A stretch of DNA of 55,732 bases from Fervidobacterium sp. (GCA_026419195.1 JANZZV010000012.1:1-55732); one strand, 5' to 3'. Counted from the stretch's first letter, positions 10,837 to 20,697 are shown. Translations and numbers: made by a program. Notes: a model not told the origin generated them from the sequence alone.

Positions 10837-10896
10837 ATACATTATAAAGAAAGGAAAAATGCCACATAGTTTCAGATTCATACTCGAAAAGTCTTA

Positions 10897-11547
10897 TTAT
10901 CGCAACTTAGAACCTTTCCGTCTTGCGACTAACTCTGATATTATTTCATGCCACCCGACTTCCTTTTCTGACAATAAGACCGTTAAATGGTAAATTAAAT
11001 CTGCCAATTCGGACACAAGGTGTCTTTTATCATTTCCCATAGCAGCTAAAACGACTTCAATGCTTTCTTCCCCAAATTTCTTGGCTATTTTCTCTATTCC
11101 TTCGTTAAAGAGACGGGTTGTATAAGAACCTTCTGGTAGTTCCTTCTTTCGTTCATCGATTAGTTGTTTTAACTCGATTAAGAATTCCAAGTTCACAATT
11201 TCGTCGTTGTCCTCCTTACTTGAGTCGTGTAAGACTTTGAAAAAGCAAGTTCTTTTGTTTGTATGACATGCTACTTTGTCTGCCGGAAATTTTACTAAGT
11301 ACAATATTGCGTCCTCATCGCAGTCTTTCAATATTTTAACAACTTTCATAGTGTTTCCTGATTCCTCACCTTTTTTCCAAATTCTACCTTTCGAGCGTGA
11401 ATAAAAGTGTGCATAGCCAGTTTGTTTGGTCAATTCAAGTGCTTTTTGATCTGCGTATGCTAACATTAAAACTTCTTTTGTATTTATTTCCTGTACAATT
11501 ACTGGTATTAATAATTCATCATTTTGCATAATTACATCCTCCTTCAA
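10897..11547 (-). CDS. hisI: Bifunctional phosphoribosyl-AMP cyclohydrolase / phosphoribosyl-ATP pyrophosphatase
   Basis: 216 aa; cyclohydrolase motif (CHTNKRTCFF) in the N-terminal half, HisE-like C-terminal half; last gene of the his operon. Confidence 0.85.
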   Translation of the reverse strand: MKEDVIMQNDELLIPVIVQEINTKEVLMLAYADQKALELTKQTGYAHFYSRSKGRIWKKGEESGNTMKVVKILKDCDEDAILYLVKFPADKVACHTNKRTCFFKVLHDSSKEDNDEIVNLEFLIELKQLIDERKKELPEGSYTTRLFNEGIEKIAKKFGEESIEVVLAAMGNDKRHLVSELADLIYHLTVLLSEKEVGWHEIISELVARRKGSKLR

Positions 11548-11557
11548 TTTTTTGAAT

Positions 11558-12316
11558 TCAGTAGTTAATCCTAACTTTTATTCCATTATTTTGTAGAAAT
11601 TCCTTCAACTTTTGCAAATTAATCTTTTCAAAGTGCAATACAGATGCCATAAGTGCTGCGTCTGCACCTGCTGTGAGTATTTCCAATACGTGCTCCATTT
11701 TACCAGCACCACCAGATGCTATAACCGGAAGCTTTGTTAATGATTTGGCAAGACGTACTGTTTCTACATCGTAACCGTCTTGTGTACCATCTTTATCGAT
11801 GCTTGTGATAAGTAATTCACCTGCACCACGTTTTTCTACTTCGACGAGATAATCTTCGTACCTTATACCCGTTCTCTTGCGTCCAGATACTGTGAATACT
11901 TCATAACCAATGTCGGTTTTTTTCACATCCACAGCTACAACAACAGCTTGTAACCCAAAACGATCTGCGATCTGTGTTATCAACTTTGGATTTTCAACGG
12001 CTGCAGTGTTTATACTCACTTTATCGGCACCTTTGTATATCAGCTCAGAAGCGAGTTCCAAGGAGTTTATACCACCACCTACTGTAAAAGGTATATTTAT
12101 TTGCTCAGCTACTTTCTCAACAAGCTGGATCAAGGTTTTCCTTTTCTCATACGTGGCGCTTATGTCAAGGAATACTAATTCGTCGATGCCTATCTGTGCA
12201 TATCTTTTTGCAAGTTCTACAGGATCACCACCGTAAATTAAATTCTCAAATTGTTTACCTTTAACAACTACGTTATCTTTAACATCGAGGCAAGCTATGA
12301 GTCTCTTAGTCAGCAT
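11558..12316 (-). CDS. hisF: Imidazole glycerol phosphate synthase, cyclase subunit
   Basis: [14 protein letters not shown]... (beta/alpha)8 HisF signature, [12 protein letters not shown]. Confidence 0.9.
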   Translation of the reverse strand: MLTKRLIACLDVKDNVVVKGKQFENLIYGGDPVELAKRYAQIGIDELVFLDISATYEKRKTLIQLVEKVAEQINIPFTVGGGINSLELASELIYKGADKVSINTAAVENPKLITQIADRFGLQAVVVAVDVKKTDIGYEVFTVSGRKRTGIRYEDYLVEVEKRGAGELLITSIDKDGTQDGYDVETVRLAKSLTKLPVIASGGAGKMEHVLEILTAGADAALMASVLHFEKINLQKLKEFLQNNGIKVRINY

Positions 12317-13046
12317 AAAGGCTCATCTCCCTTAGTGTTATTCTTCCTTCATAGTACGCCCTACCAATTATTAGGCCTGTTACGTTGCTGTATTCTTTGC
12401 AGTAAGACTTGACATTCTCTAAGTCATAAACAGAACTTATCCCACCTGCTACAATGATTTTTAATTTAGTTTGATTTGCTAAGTTCTTTGTAATTTTTAG
12501 ATCTCTTCCTTTCAGTGTTCCATCAGCTTCTACGTCTGTGTGAATTAATTGTTCTATACCAAGTGCTTCAAGTTTTGTAAGTAATTTTTCAAAAGTTATT
12601 TTTTTACTAATCTTCCAGCCGTTTGTTTTTATGTTACCCTCGGAGTCAGTATCCAGCGAAAAGATCACTTCTATTCCATTTTCAATGAGCTTACTTACAA
12701 TCTCTTCGTTTTTAAGTACCAAACTTGTCAACACCTGCCTTTTGAAACCAAGATTGTAGAGCTTAATTGAATATTCAAATGTTCGGATACCTCCGCCAAG
12801 TTGTATGAATTGTGAAAGACCACAGCGTGATATTTCAGTGATTATTTCATAATTCTTATCACTACCATCTATGGCTTTTGACAAGTCGACAATATGAACT
12901 AAATTCAGTCCGTTCTCCAAGAAACGTTCGATTTTTCTCAATATTTTCTCTTTTCCTGTTTCATAGACTATAGCTTGTTCTTTTTTTCCATTTATCATAC
13001 GTACGATGTTACCATTGTATATATCTATAGCCGGTATGACTAACAT
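12306..13046 (-). CDS. hisA: ProFAR isomerase
   Basis: [16 protein letters not shown] start, typical of HisA; overlaps hisF by 11 nt. Confidence 0.85.
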   Translation of the reverse strand: MLVIPAIDIYNGNIVRMINGKKEQAIVYETGKEKILRKIERFLENGLNLVHIVDLSKAIDGSDKNYEIITEISRCGLSQFIQLGGGIRTFEYSIKLYNLGFKRQVLTSLVLKNEEIVSKLIENGIEVIFSLDTDSEGNIKTNGWKISKKITFEKLLTKLEALGIEQLIHTDVEADGTLKGRDLKITKNLANQTKLKIIVAGGISSVYDLENVKSYCKEYSNVTGLIIGRAYYEGRITLREMSLYAD

Positions 13047-13657
13047 TTTATCACCTCACTAAGTAGTGATAGACCATCTGTATGACTTTTTTCTGGGTGA
13101 AACTGTATTCCAACTATGTTTTTATACTTAATGATTGCTGGGATTTTCTCTCCATCGTACTCGGTTTCTGCTATGGTTAATTCTTTGTCACAGACTACTT
13201 TGTAACTGTGGACGAAGTAAAAATAATGGTTGTTAAACTTCGAGATTCCACAATTTGTTTCTTGCAAAAATGTAATTTGGTTCCAACCAATGTGCGGTAA
13301 AATTTTTGATTTTAGTTTGATGACATTTCCCTTTATCAACTTAAGTCCTTCGGATTCTCTGTCAGTGCTGTTAAATTTTACCTCTTCACTTTTTTCAAAT
13401 AGAAGTTGCATTCCAAGACAGATACCCAAAAGTTTTCCTCCACTTTCAACGTGAATTTTTATATACTCATCGAAGTTTAGTCTCTTGAGAGATTCCATAG
13501 CATCTTGGAAGTGACCAACACCAGGAAGAATTAATACTTCGTAGAATTTCTTTGTGCTTTGTTGTATAATTTCAACCGACTCGATACCTACTTTCAGCAG
13601 AGCCCTATAAACATTCATAACATTACCAGGGACGATGCCTACAAGCCCGACTTTCAC
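13040..13657 (-). CDS. hisH: Imidazole glycerol phosphate synthase, glutaminase subunit
   Basis: Class-I GATase (GICLGMQ, HPE). The tracker start at 13717 would overlap hisB by 64 nt. A GTG at 13657-13655 overlaps the hisB TGA (GTGA) and is preceded by AGGGGG (13664-13659), giving the canonical VKVGLVGIVPGN N-terminus. Confidence 0.8.
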   Translation of the reverse strand: MKVGLVGIVPGNVMNVYRALLKVGIESVEIIQQSTKKFYEVLILPGVGHFQDAMESLKRLNFDEYIKIHVESGGKLLGICLGMQLLFEKSEEVKFNSTDRESEGLKLIKGNVIKLKSKILPHIGWNQITFLQETNCGISKFNNHYFYFVHSYKVVCDKELTIAETEYDGEKIPAIIKYKNIVGIQFHPEKSHTDGLSLLSEVIKC

Positions 13658-14256
13658 ATAATTACCCCCTTCGTTGAGAGCGTTGTATTCGAAGGTTTTA
13701 ACGCCATGTTTAAGCATAAACCGAATGATTTAAAAACACATTCAGCAACATGATGGTTGTTCTTTCCATTCAGTTTTCTTATGTGAAGCGTTGTAGCGGA
13801 ACTATTCACAAATGCTTTAAAAAATTCCTCCAACAATTCCGTTGCAAAGTTTCCTATGTTCGATACTGTAAAATCTACGTTAAATTCCAAATACTGCCTT
13901 CCAGATAGATCAATCGCACTCATAATTAATGCATCATCCATGGGTACAATGCAATAACCAAATCTTGCAGTTAAGTTGTAATCAAACAAGTTCTTTATTG
14001 CCGTGCCAATTACTATCGCTGTGTCTTCAACTGCGTGATGTAAATCTACATGTGTATCAGCATGAAACTCAGTTATCTCGATTGACAGGCCACAATATTT
14101 TGAAAGAGTTTCCAAAAGATGATCAAAAAAGCCGATTCCTGTGCTACCTGTAAATACAGACTTTTGTGCAGTACAGGATAATCTCAAGATTATAGATGTT
14201 TCTTTAGTGGTCCTCTTAACAGTACAGCTATTCTCGAAAACATCTATCTCGACCAT
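13654..14256 (-). CDS. hisB: Imidazoleglycerol-phosphate dehydratase
   Basis: IGPD motifs (HHxxE, metal-binding repeats); its start overlaps the hisC stop. Confidence 0.9.
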   Translation of the reverse strand: MVEIDVFENSCTVKRTTKETSIILRLSCTAQKSVFTGSTGIGFFDHLLETLSKYCGLSIEITEFHADTHVDLHHAVEDTAIVIGTAIKNLFDYNLTARFGYCIVPMDDALIMSAIDLSGRQYLEFNVDFTVSNIGNFATELLEEFFKAFVNSSATTLHIRKLNGKNNHHVAECVFKSFGLCLNMALKPSNTTLSTKGVIM

Positions 14257-15299
14257 TACGATCCCCCCTTGTTTGATTTGATTGTTCTTATTAGAATGTC
14301 TTTTACTAAATCGTTTTCTTGTGATTTCCCGATGGAAATTCTGACTCCTTCCTTGAATTTTCTTACGGTGACTTTCTGGTTTTTTAATTTTTCGAAGATC
14401 ATCTCTATTTGACTGTTATTTGCTAAGATAAATATAAAATTTGCTACCGAGTCAGTTAAATGAAAGCCATTTTCTAAAAACGTCTTTTTCATTCTCTCGC
14501 GTTCTTGATTTATCCATGTTATCTTTTCTTTAAAATATCCTAAGTTTTCGAGCGAAGCTAAAGCTAAAAGCTGCGACAGGTAAGAAACGTTGTAAGGTAA
14601 TCTGATTGAATTGTAGTAATCAATCAGTTCCTCATTTGCCAAAATATAGCCAATACGTTGAGCGGCTAAGCAGAAAGCTTTTGAGAAGGTGCGTATGATT
14701 ATCAAATTTTTAAATTTGTCCAACAACTCTACACACGAGTCACCTGCAAACTCGTAATATGCCTCATCAACAACTATTATTGCTCCAGTTGATAGAAGAT
14801 ACTCGATTTCACTTTTATCAAACAAATGTCCAGTCGGGTTATTTGGATTCGGTAAGAACAAAACACTTTTATGGTCTAACTTCTTTGTAAGCTCATCAAT
14901 GTCCAGCTTGTCGTACTTTTCACCCAACAGAGGTACAGTGGACAGATTCACTCCCGTTGCACAAGCAAATATAGAATAACAGCTGTAAGTAGGTGGACAG
15001 ATATAAAAGCTGAAAGTTTTGAACATGAGAAATATGTAGTAGATAATTTCATCTGCTCCATTTCCTATACTTATTCTTTCCTTAGGTTGAGATGTGTATT
15101 GCGATAAAGCTTGCAATAGCTTTTCGCACGGGGAATCATAGTAAATTTTGAGTGCACTAAGGTCAAGCTTTTTATACGCGTAGTCTAAAATCTCTTTAGG
15201 GAAATCGAACGGATTCTCGTTCAGGGCAAGATATATCTCTGTACGTTTCTCTGGCTGATACTTTGGTAGCATTTTGATTTTCATTCTGGCTGATTCCAT
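14256..15299 (-). CDS. hisC: Histidinol-phosphate aminotransferase
   Basis: Class-II aminotransferase fold; PLP lysine context (TFSKAF). Confidence 0.85.
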   Translation of the reverse strand: MESARMKIKMLPKYQPEKRTEIYLALNENPFDFPKEILDYAYKKLDLSALKIYYDSPCEKLLQALSQYTSQPKERISIGNGADEIIYYIFLMFKTFSFYICPPTYSCYSIFACATGVNLSTVPLLGEKYDKLDIDELTKKLDHKSVLFLPNPNNPTGHLFDKSEIEYLLSTGAIIVVDEAYYEFAGDSCVELLDKFKNLIIIRTFSKAFCLAAQRIGYILANEELIDYYNSIRLPYNVSYLSQLLALASLENLGYFKEKITWINQERERMKKTFLENGFHLTDSVANFIFILANNSQIEMIFEKLKNQKVTVRKFKEGVRISIGKSQENDLVKDILIRTIKSNKGGS

Positions 15300-16588
15300 A
15301 TTCCCAACTCCTCAAGTCGAATTTGGACAGCCATAGCATGAGCTTCAAATCCTTCAAGTCTTGCAAGCTTGACGTACTCACTTCCAGTTTTCAAAATTTC
15401 TTCGCTACTTACTTGTGTTATAAATATTTTTTTGAGAAAATCATTCACAGTTAAGCCAGAAGTAAATCGTGCAGTTGAGAATGTTGGTAACACATGGTTT
15501 GGTCCTATGCCATAATCTCCTATCGGCTCACTTGAAAAGTTACCCAAAAATACTGAGCCTGCGTTTTTGATAAGTTTTAATAATTGATATGGTTCTTGGG
15601 TGACTATTTCAAGATGTTCCGGGGCAATATTGTTAGATATTTCTACAGCCTGGAGAAGATTTTCAACAAGAATTATGTAACCATTTGTTTCCAGAGATTT
15701 TATTGCCCGTTCTTTGTTTGGATTGTTTAGTTTTTGAATATAGTACTGAATATTTTCCTGAACCGATGTTGCCAACTTCTCAGAAGTGGTGACAAGCACG
15801 CACATAGCATCTTCATCGTGTTCAGCCTGAGATAACATATCACAAGCTATGAAACGTGGATTTGCTGTCTCATCGGAAATGATTAGTACCTCACTTGGAC
15901 CGGCTATACTATCGATTCCGCAATCTTGGATTATTAGTTTTTTGGCTAAAGCAACGTATTTGTTCCCAGGACCAACGATCTTGTCAACCTTATAAACTGT
16001 TTTTGTTCCATACGCGAGTGCTGCAATCGCATGTGCTCCTCCCATCTTGTAGATTTCGCTTATCCCTATTCTTTTAGCTATGTAAGTTATAAACTTTGGT
16101 ATCTTACCCCTTTCATCAGGTGGTGTTGCTATCACTATACGATTAACACCAGCAATTTTGGCAGGAACCGCACACATCAATAGGGTAGAGAAGTAGACTC
16201 CTTTCCCAGATGGTACGTATATTCCGATACTGTCAATTGGTACGTTCATATACCCTAAGAATGAACCATTTTCGGTAAGTTGCCATTTGTTTTTTTCTAT
16301 TTGCAAAATATGGTATCTTTCTAACCTTGATATGAAGTTATCGACTATGCTCTCAAATTCAGGTTCAACTGTAACTTCTTCAATTTCAGTATCTGAAACT
16401 CTCAGCATGTCTAAGGTCAACTTGCATTTTTCGTATCTGTTAATATACTCAATCAACGCATCATCACCATTTGTTTGTATATTTTTTATTACAGATTTGA
16501 CGAATTCTTCAATATCTGAAACGTTTCTTCTTCTGCTTTCAATAATTTGAAAGATCTGGCTTGGTGAAGGAAACCTTATCACGTTCAT
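15281..16588 (-). CDS. hisD: Histidinol dehydrogenase
   Basis: 435 aa; HisD signature region (IAGPSEVLII, QAEHD). Confidence 0.9.
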   Translation of the reverse strand: MNVIRFPSPSQIFQIIESRRRNVSDIEEFVKSVIKNIQTNGDDALIEYINRYEKCKLTLDMLRVSDTEIEEVTVEPEFESIVDNFISRLERYHILQIEKNKWQLTENGSFLGYMNVPIDSIGIYVPSGKGVYFSTLLMCAVPAKIAGVNRIVIATPPDERGKIPKFITYIAKRIGISEIYKMGGAHAIAALAYGTKTVYKVDKIVGPGNKYVALAKKLIIQDCGIDSIAGPSEVLIISDETANPRFIACDMLSQAEHDEDAMCVLVTTSEKLATSVQENIQYYIQKLNNPNKERAIKSLETNGYIILVENLLQAVEISNNIAPEHLEIVTQEPYQLLKLIKNAGSVFLGNFSSEPIGDYGIGPNHVLPTFSTARFTSGLTVNDFLKKIFITQVSSEEILKTGSEYVKLARLEGFEAHAMAVQIRLEELGIWNQPE

Positions 16589-16610
16589 ATCACAACCTCC
16601 TTTGTCTTTA

Positions 16611-17234
16611 TCAACTGACTTGATTATTCAAACCATTCCAAAGCCTGTCAAAAAGTGCTTGCAAGTCAATGCGTTTTGTTCTATAAGCAACATCATTTAC
16701 GCAAACCATCGCGGATATTCTGTAAATTTGTTCTATTATCACTAATCCATGTTCTCTTAATGTCTTACCGGTTTGAACTATATCGATAATTGCGTCCGCA
16801 AGTCCAACAACAGGTGCAAGCTCCACAGAACCGTTCAATTTTATAAGCTCAGCATCAACATTTCTTGATTCAAGATATTTCTTAGCGCTCACCGGAAATT
16901 TAGAAGCGATTTTAACACGTCGACCGTTGAATCTGAAACCTTGAAAACTTGCAAGAACCATGCTACACAAACCAAAAGGTAATTTCATTGGTTGAATCAG
17001 AGCCAACTGTGATTCAACTATCGAATCAGTGCCACAAATCCCAACATCAGCTATTCCCCAATGTACGTATATCGGTACATCAAGTGGTTTTACAGAGAGC
17101 AATTCGATTCTCTCATCGCAATCTCTTAAAACCAGTTTTCGTTCCAACTTTTCTTCAAACTTGTACCCACATTTTTCAAGGTATGCGATACTTTCGTTTT
17201 CAAGTCTTCCTTTAGCCAAAGCTATTCTGAGCAC
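16611..17234 (-). CDS. hisG: ATP phosphoribosyltransferase, short form
   Basis: The tracker's 241-aa ORF has 34 extra N-terminal residues. A GTG at 17234-17232 preceded by GGAGGTGG (17244-17237) gives the canonical MLRIALAKGRL start and a 207-aa HisG-S, which needs HisZ. Confidence 0.85.
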   Translation of the reverse strand: MLRIALAKGRLENESIAYLEKCGYKFEEKLERKLVLRDCDERIELLSVKPLDVPIYVHWGIADVGICGTDSIVESQLALIQPMKLPFGLCSMVLASFQGFRFNGRRVKIASKFPVSAKKYLESRNVDAELIKLNGSVELAPVVGLADAIIDIVQTGKTLREHGLVIIEQIYRISAMVCVNDVAYRTKRIDLQALFDRLWNGLNNQVS

Positions 17235-17253
17235 ATTACCACCTCCGATAGAT

Positions 17254-18093
17254 TTAGTATCGAATTTCTGAAAGAAAGATCGTTCCACCCACACCATGCA
17301 AGAATTCATTAACTTTATATTCACCGCCAGCTGCAACTAGTTTAGAACTTTTAGTATCAAAGAGTGCGAACGTTAATCCACAATATTCTTCTGTTGTTCT
17401 GGCGAGTGAAAAGTCAACCTCAACAACTACGTTCTCAAACCCCTCTAAACTTCTTATTACCGTTTCCAATTCTTTTCTGTAAGGTTCTTTAATGGGAAAA
17501 TCTTGCCAATCTTCAAGTCTACGTTTTGAAAAGCTGTTTTTAACTACTTCAACAAGTTTTGATACGTCTATTTTTCTCACACTACCAAGTACTTCGAGCT
17601 CTGAGAAGTCTTTTTTATCAAGCATCTCCAATATTTCAGTCTTTATGTCTTCAGAAACATCTTTGATGAGATCTTCTAGCACTCTCGCATCGCTGAGTTC
17701 CAAGATAAGGTCTGAATTTGAATATTCTGTATATGTACCTACTATGATCTTGATACACTCTAATAGCTCATAAATCCCACCAGGGATAATCTCAAGTCCA
17801 ATTTCATACCGAGATTTCAAATTTCCAAAATTATCAAAAAAGTAAACATGTCCGTCATACCAGAATCTATGTGGCTGTCTTTGATTTTCAACATTTTCAA
17901 GTGCTTTGACGTGCTCACAAATAAACTTTGTAAAATCCTTCCTCAATTTAAAAATCTCACCAGATTTCACCATGAATGTTACACCTGACACTAATTCTTT
18001 TAAATCTTTTACTCGTTTAATATCCGGCTGTGTAAACTTTTCAAAATTTTCGCTTACCCGTTTGTAAAATGCTCGAAAAATAGTATCGATCAT
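17254..18093 (-). CDS. hisZ: ATP phosphoribosyltransferase regulatory subunit (HisRS paralogue)
   Basis: HisRS-like catalytic core without an anticodon-binding domain, directly upstream of short-form hisG. ATG 18093 is 8 nt from GGAGG (18107-18103); the tracker's GTG 18102 abuts the SD. Confidence 0.75.
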   Translation of the reverse strand: MIDTIFRAFYKRVSENFEKFTQPDIKRVKDLKELVSGVTFMVKSGEIFKLRKDFTKFICEHVKALENVENQRQPHRFWYDGHVYFFDNFGNLKSRYEIGLEIIPGGIYELLECIKIIVGTYTEYSNSDLILELSDARVLEDLIKDVSEDIKTEILEMLDKKDFSELEVLGSVRKIDVSKLVEVVKNSFSKRRLEDWQDFPIKEPYRKELETVIRSLEGFENVVVEVDFSLARTTEEYCGLTFALFDTKSSKLVAAGGEYKVNEFLHGVGGTIFLSEIRY

Positions 18094-18111
18094 ATTTTTC
18101 ACCTCCGGACA

Positions 18112-18150
18112 ATTTAAAAATAAAAGGGGCTCATCGTATCGATGAGCCCC
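18112..18150 (-). terminator. Intrinsic terminator of the his leader (attenuator terminator)
   Basis: Minus strand: GGGGCTCATCG-ata-CGATGAGCCCC (18150-18126) followed by TTTTATTTTT (18125-18112); it ends 5 nt before the hisZ SD. Confidence 0.7.
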
Positions 18151-18175
18151 TTGTGTTTACTCCACCATTAAACCA

Positions 18176-18277
18176 TCAAAAAAGCCCAGGTGGAGTAACA
18201 CCCGGGGCATTTTGATGGTGATGCAGATTTATTATTGAATTATTTTGTAAATCAATTTGTGCACAAAGGCAATCCAT
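18176..18277 (-). CDS. his operon leader peptide (33 aa, MDCLCAQIDLQNNSIINLHHHQNAPGVTPPGLF)
   Basis: ATG 18277 preceded by AGAGGTG (18289-18283); three consecutive His codons CAT-CAC-CAT at 18223-18215; TGA at 18178-18176. It lies between the promoter and the terminator hairpin. Confidence 0.55.
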   Translation of the reverse strand: MDCLCAQIDLQNNSIINLHHHQNAPGVTPPGLF

Positions 18278-18304
18278 ATTTACACCTCTAAGCATTTTTT
18301 AAAT

Positions 18305-18332
18305 ATTGTATCATAATTTCAACTTTTTGCAA
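18305..18332 (-). promoter_or_regulatory. sigma70-type promoter of the his leader/operon
   Basis: Minus strand: TTGCAA(18332-18327)-16 nt-TACAAT(18310-18305). Confidence 0.5.
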
Positions 18333-18348
18333 CATACAGAATCATGAA

Positions 18349-18615
18349 TTAAATAATGAACTTTCGGACCGAAGTATTTAGTTTTTCGGCTATCATTGCT
18401 AAATTTTGAGCTGATGTATTGACATGTTTAGCGTTTGTACTCTGCTCTTTAAAATCTTTACTTATTTTTTCGATTGAATTAGCTATGACCATAATTGAAT
18501 TGGTTGCGTTAGCCATGGCAGAACTCATTTGTTCGGTTGCTGCACTCTGTTCTTGGGCACTTGAGGCTAAACTTTCTATCATTGAACTAATGCTTTCAAC
18601 TTCTTTAAGTATTTT
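18349..18615 (-). pseudogene. Detached 3' end (C-terminal ~90 aa) of a methyl-accepting chemotaxis protein gene
   Basis: The frame is open from 18705. ...ILKEVESISSMIESLASSAQEQSAATEQMSS...LNTSVRKFII matches the conserved MCP C-terminal coiled coil that is missing from the truncated MCP at 24488-26245. There is no SD or start of its own. Confidence 0.7.
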
Positions 18616-18627
18616 GTAAAGTATTCT

Positions 18628-19074
18628 TTGACAACAATATCTTCTAATAATCCACTTGTTATTGATTTTGTTCTGCGAATTACGGAGTCGGTTGTTAAAA
18701 AAAGATTAAAGAAGAATCTGTGTTCGGCAGGTGTGGAAGATTTTGCTGTTGATGTAGAAGGAAACATATACCCTTGTTTTGTCTTTATAGGACGGTCAGA
18801 AGATTTAATTATGGGAAATGTAAATGATAATATTGAAGAAAAAACTCAGAATTTTAGGCAAAAGATACTTGAATTTAAAGAAATTACATATGAGAGAATT
18901 AATTCTTGTGCAAATTGTATAGCAAAAGGAATTTGTTCCCAATGCATAGCAGCAAGTTATTTAAAGTTTAAGAATTTCGATTGTGTTGATAATAATTTAT
19001 GTTCTATCAATAAGAAAATAATTGAAAGGATAGGGTTGTTCCTAGTGGACAACTATCTGGTGAATAAAATTTAG
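18628..19074 (+). pseudogene. Detached C-terminal SPASM-domain portion of a radical-SAM/SPASM peptide-maturase gene
   Basis: Cys pattern CSAG...YPC...CANCIAKGICSQC...CVDNNLC is typical of SPASM auxiliary clusters. There is no SD; the tracker 'start' is a TTG. It is the missing continuation of the rSAM fragment at 23633-24538. Confidence 0.65.
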
Positions 19075-19130
19075 AACTTATAAGGAAAAAAGTTTTTTAT
19101 CTTTTCTTGGTGTCAGGGGAGGGCTAATAA

Positions 19131-20321
19131 TTGGTTTCTGACAATTTTAAACCCATTGCTTATCCAGATATTGAGAAGTATGAGTTGTTTAAAAAGAAAG
19201 GCAATATAATGTATTGTATTGGAACCATTGAAAATGACTCGTTTATAATTGTTCCAAATGAGCAGGTGAGTCTTATCTTAAGACTTTTGAAGTTAATGAA
19301 TGGAAAATTAAGTGTCAGTGATATTCAAAAATTTGCTAAAGAGAATAATATGTCAATAGATATAAAAAGTTTAATAACTAAACTTGGAAGGGCAGGTTTA
19401 ATAAAAAATTTCAATGAACATTACAAATTCAGTGAACTACAACTTTTTTCGTTTAGTATGCTTTCGATAGACATTTCTTTGTTTTGTAATTATATTAAAA
19501 AAAGAGGCATGTTTCTAACTATTATTTTAATTTTAATGTTAATTGTTACAATTCTATACGTTACAATATTTTTACCATCGAGAATAAGTTTTAATTTCAA
19601 TAATATTATTAAATATGACAATTCCTACTTGAAAAATATAATTTTAAGTTTAATATTTACAATACCATGCTTTTTAGTACATGAACTTGGGCATATTATT
19701 TTTGCCACGAGATATGGTCTGACTTCTAATAAATTAAATATAGGGTTATATTATTTCGTAATCCCTATAGTTTATGTAAAGATTCAAGGTTTATATGCTC
19801 TTCCTCCTTTCAAAAGAGTGAGAGTATTAATAGCTGGAATTGTGTTTAACTTTATTTTTGGCTTGAGTTGTCTATTTATGTGGTATATTTTTGAGATAGA
19901 AATATTTAAAACTTTGTTTTTTGTAAATATTCAAATAGCATTCCTAAATTTAACACCTTTCACATTTAGCGATGGATACTTTATATTTTCTATAGTCATT
20001 GGAGAACCAAATTTGCGATATCAGTACTACAAATTTTTGGCTGGAATAGTTAATAAAAAATTTCGTTACAAACTAACATTTAAGCAATTGATATATATTA
20101 TTTGTAGTATTGTGATAACTATACTTTACATTATTGTTCAAGTTAAAGTACTTGACAATGTTTTATATGAAACTTTACAGAAATATGGATTTGGATTTAG
20201 CCAAGAAAGGAGATTTTTTATTTACACTGCAATGAATATACTTATTGTTTCTGCTTTATATCTATTCATTTACAAAAGAAGCATTAAGTATTTAAATGCA
20301 ACTTTGGCTAAAGATTTTTAG
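19131..20321 (+). CDS. Polytopic membrane metalloprotease of the site-2-protease (M50)-like type, with a ~100-aa N-terminal soluble domain
   Basis: TTG start with GGGGAGGG SD at 7 nt. HELGH within a TM helix plus a downstream NLTPFTFSDGYF segment (S2P LDG-like motif); many hydrophobic helices. Confidence 0.55.
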   Translation: MVSDNFKPIAYPDIEKYELFKKKGNIMYCIGTIENDSFIIVPNEQVSLILRLLKLMNGKLSVSDIQKFAKENNMSIDIKSLITKLGRAGLIKNFNEHYKFSELQLFSFSMLSIDISLFCNYIKKRGMFLTIILILMLIVTILYVTIFLPSRISFNFNNIIKYDNSYLKNIILSLIFTIPCFLVHELGHIIFATRYGLTSNKLNIGLYYFVIPIVYVKIQGLYALPPFKRVRVLIAGIVFNFIFGLSCLFMWYIFEIEIFKTLFFVNIQIAFLNLTPFTFSDGYFIFSIVIGEPNLRYQYYKFLAGIVNKKFRYKLTFKQLIYIICSIVITILYIIVQVKVLDNVLYETLQKYGFGFSQERRFFIYTAMNILIVSALYLFIYKRSIKYLNATLAKDF

Positions 20322-20361
20322 ATGATTGAATAAAAAGTATTTCTAACTTTTAAACTTGTAA

Positions 20362-20436
20362 ATGTCCGATTTATGTATCAACTGTAACTTTAAATGTGGG
20401 AATTTAAGTACATCGTGCAGCATACAACAATTCTAG
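20362..20436 (+). other. 24-codon Cys-rich small ORF (MSDLCINCNFKCGNLSTSCSIQQF), speculative RiPP precursor
   Basis: Four Cys in 24 aa, 40 nt downstream of the protease gene. No SD, so it is weak. Confidence 0.12.
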
Positions 20437-20596
20437 AAATAAATGAAATATATAAATCGGTGGTATAAAAGCAAAGAAATTAGATTGATTTCATTAATAG
20501 TATACTTTCACAGAAAAGTAATTTAATATATTAGAATAAATCCTGTTTTTAAACAACAAATAATTTTCTAAAAGTTATCTGTGTTTTTTTATTTTT

Positions 20597-20697
20597 CTTG
20601 ACTTTATCAGTTCAGAGGTATTTATAGACTAACAAAAAATAACAATCTCTGGACTTTGTCAGTTAGGAGGGGTTTTTGAGCTAACAAAAAATTACGG
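20597..20697. repeat. Two tandem ~50-bp degenerate copies of the IS left-terminal sequence
   Basis: Unit 1 is 20597-20646 and unit 2 is 20647-20697; each contains GACTTT(a/g)TCAGTT..GAGG...CTAACAAAAAAT. A third copy is the IS left inverted repeat itself. Unit 1 carries a promoter-like TTGACT-17-TTTATA. Confidence 0.45.

Noticed and set aside
11910-17773. Numerous 60-108-aa plus-strand ORFs within the his operon span
   Set aside because: All lie antisense to conserved, translationally coupled his genes.
18103-18335. T-box riboswitch as an alternative explanation for the his leader (and 26409-26669 for the aro leader)
   Set aside because: There is no AGGGUGGNACCGCG T-box sequence, no stem-I specifier-loop/K-turn architecture, and no 7-nt antiterminator bulge. 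Both leaders instead contain SD-preceded mini-ORFs enriched in exactly the cognate codons.
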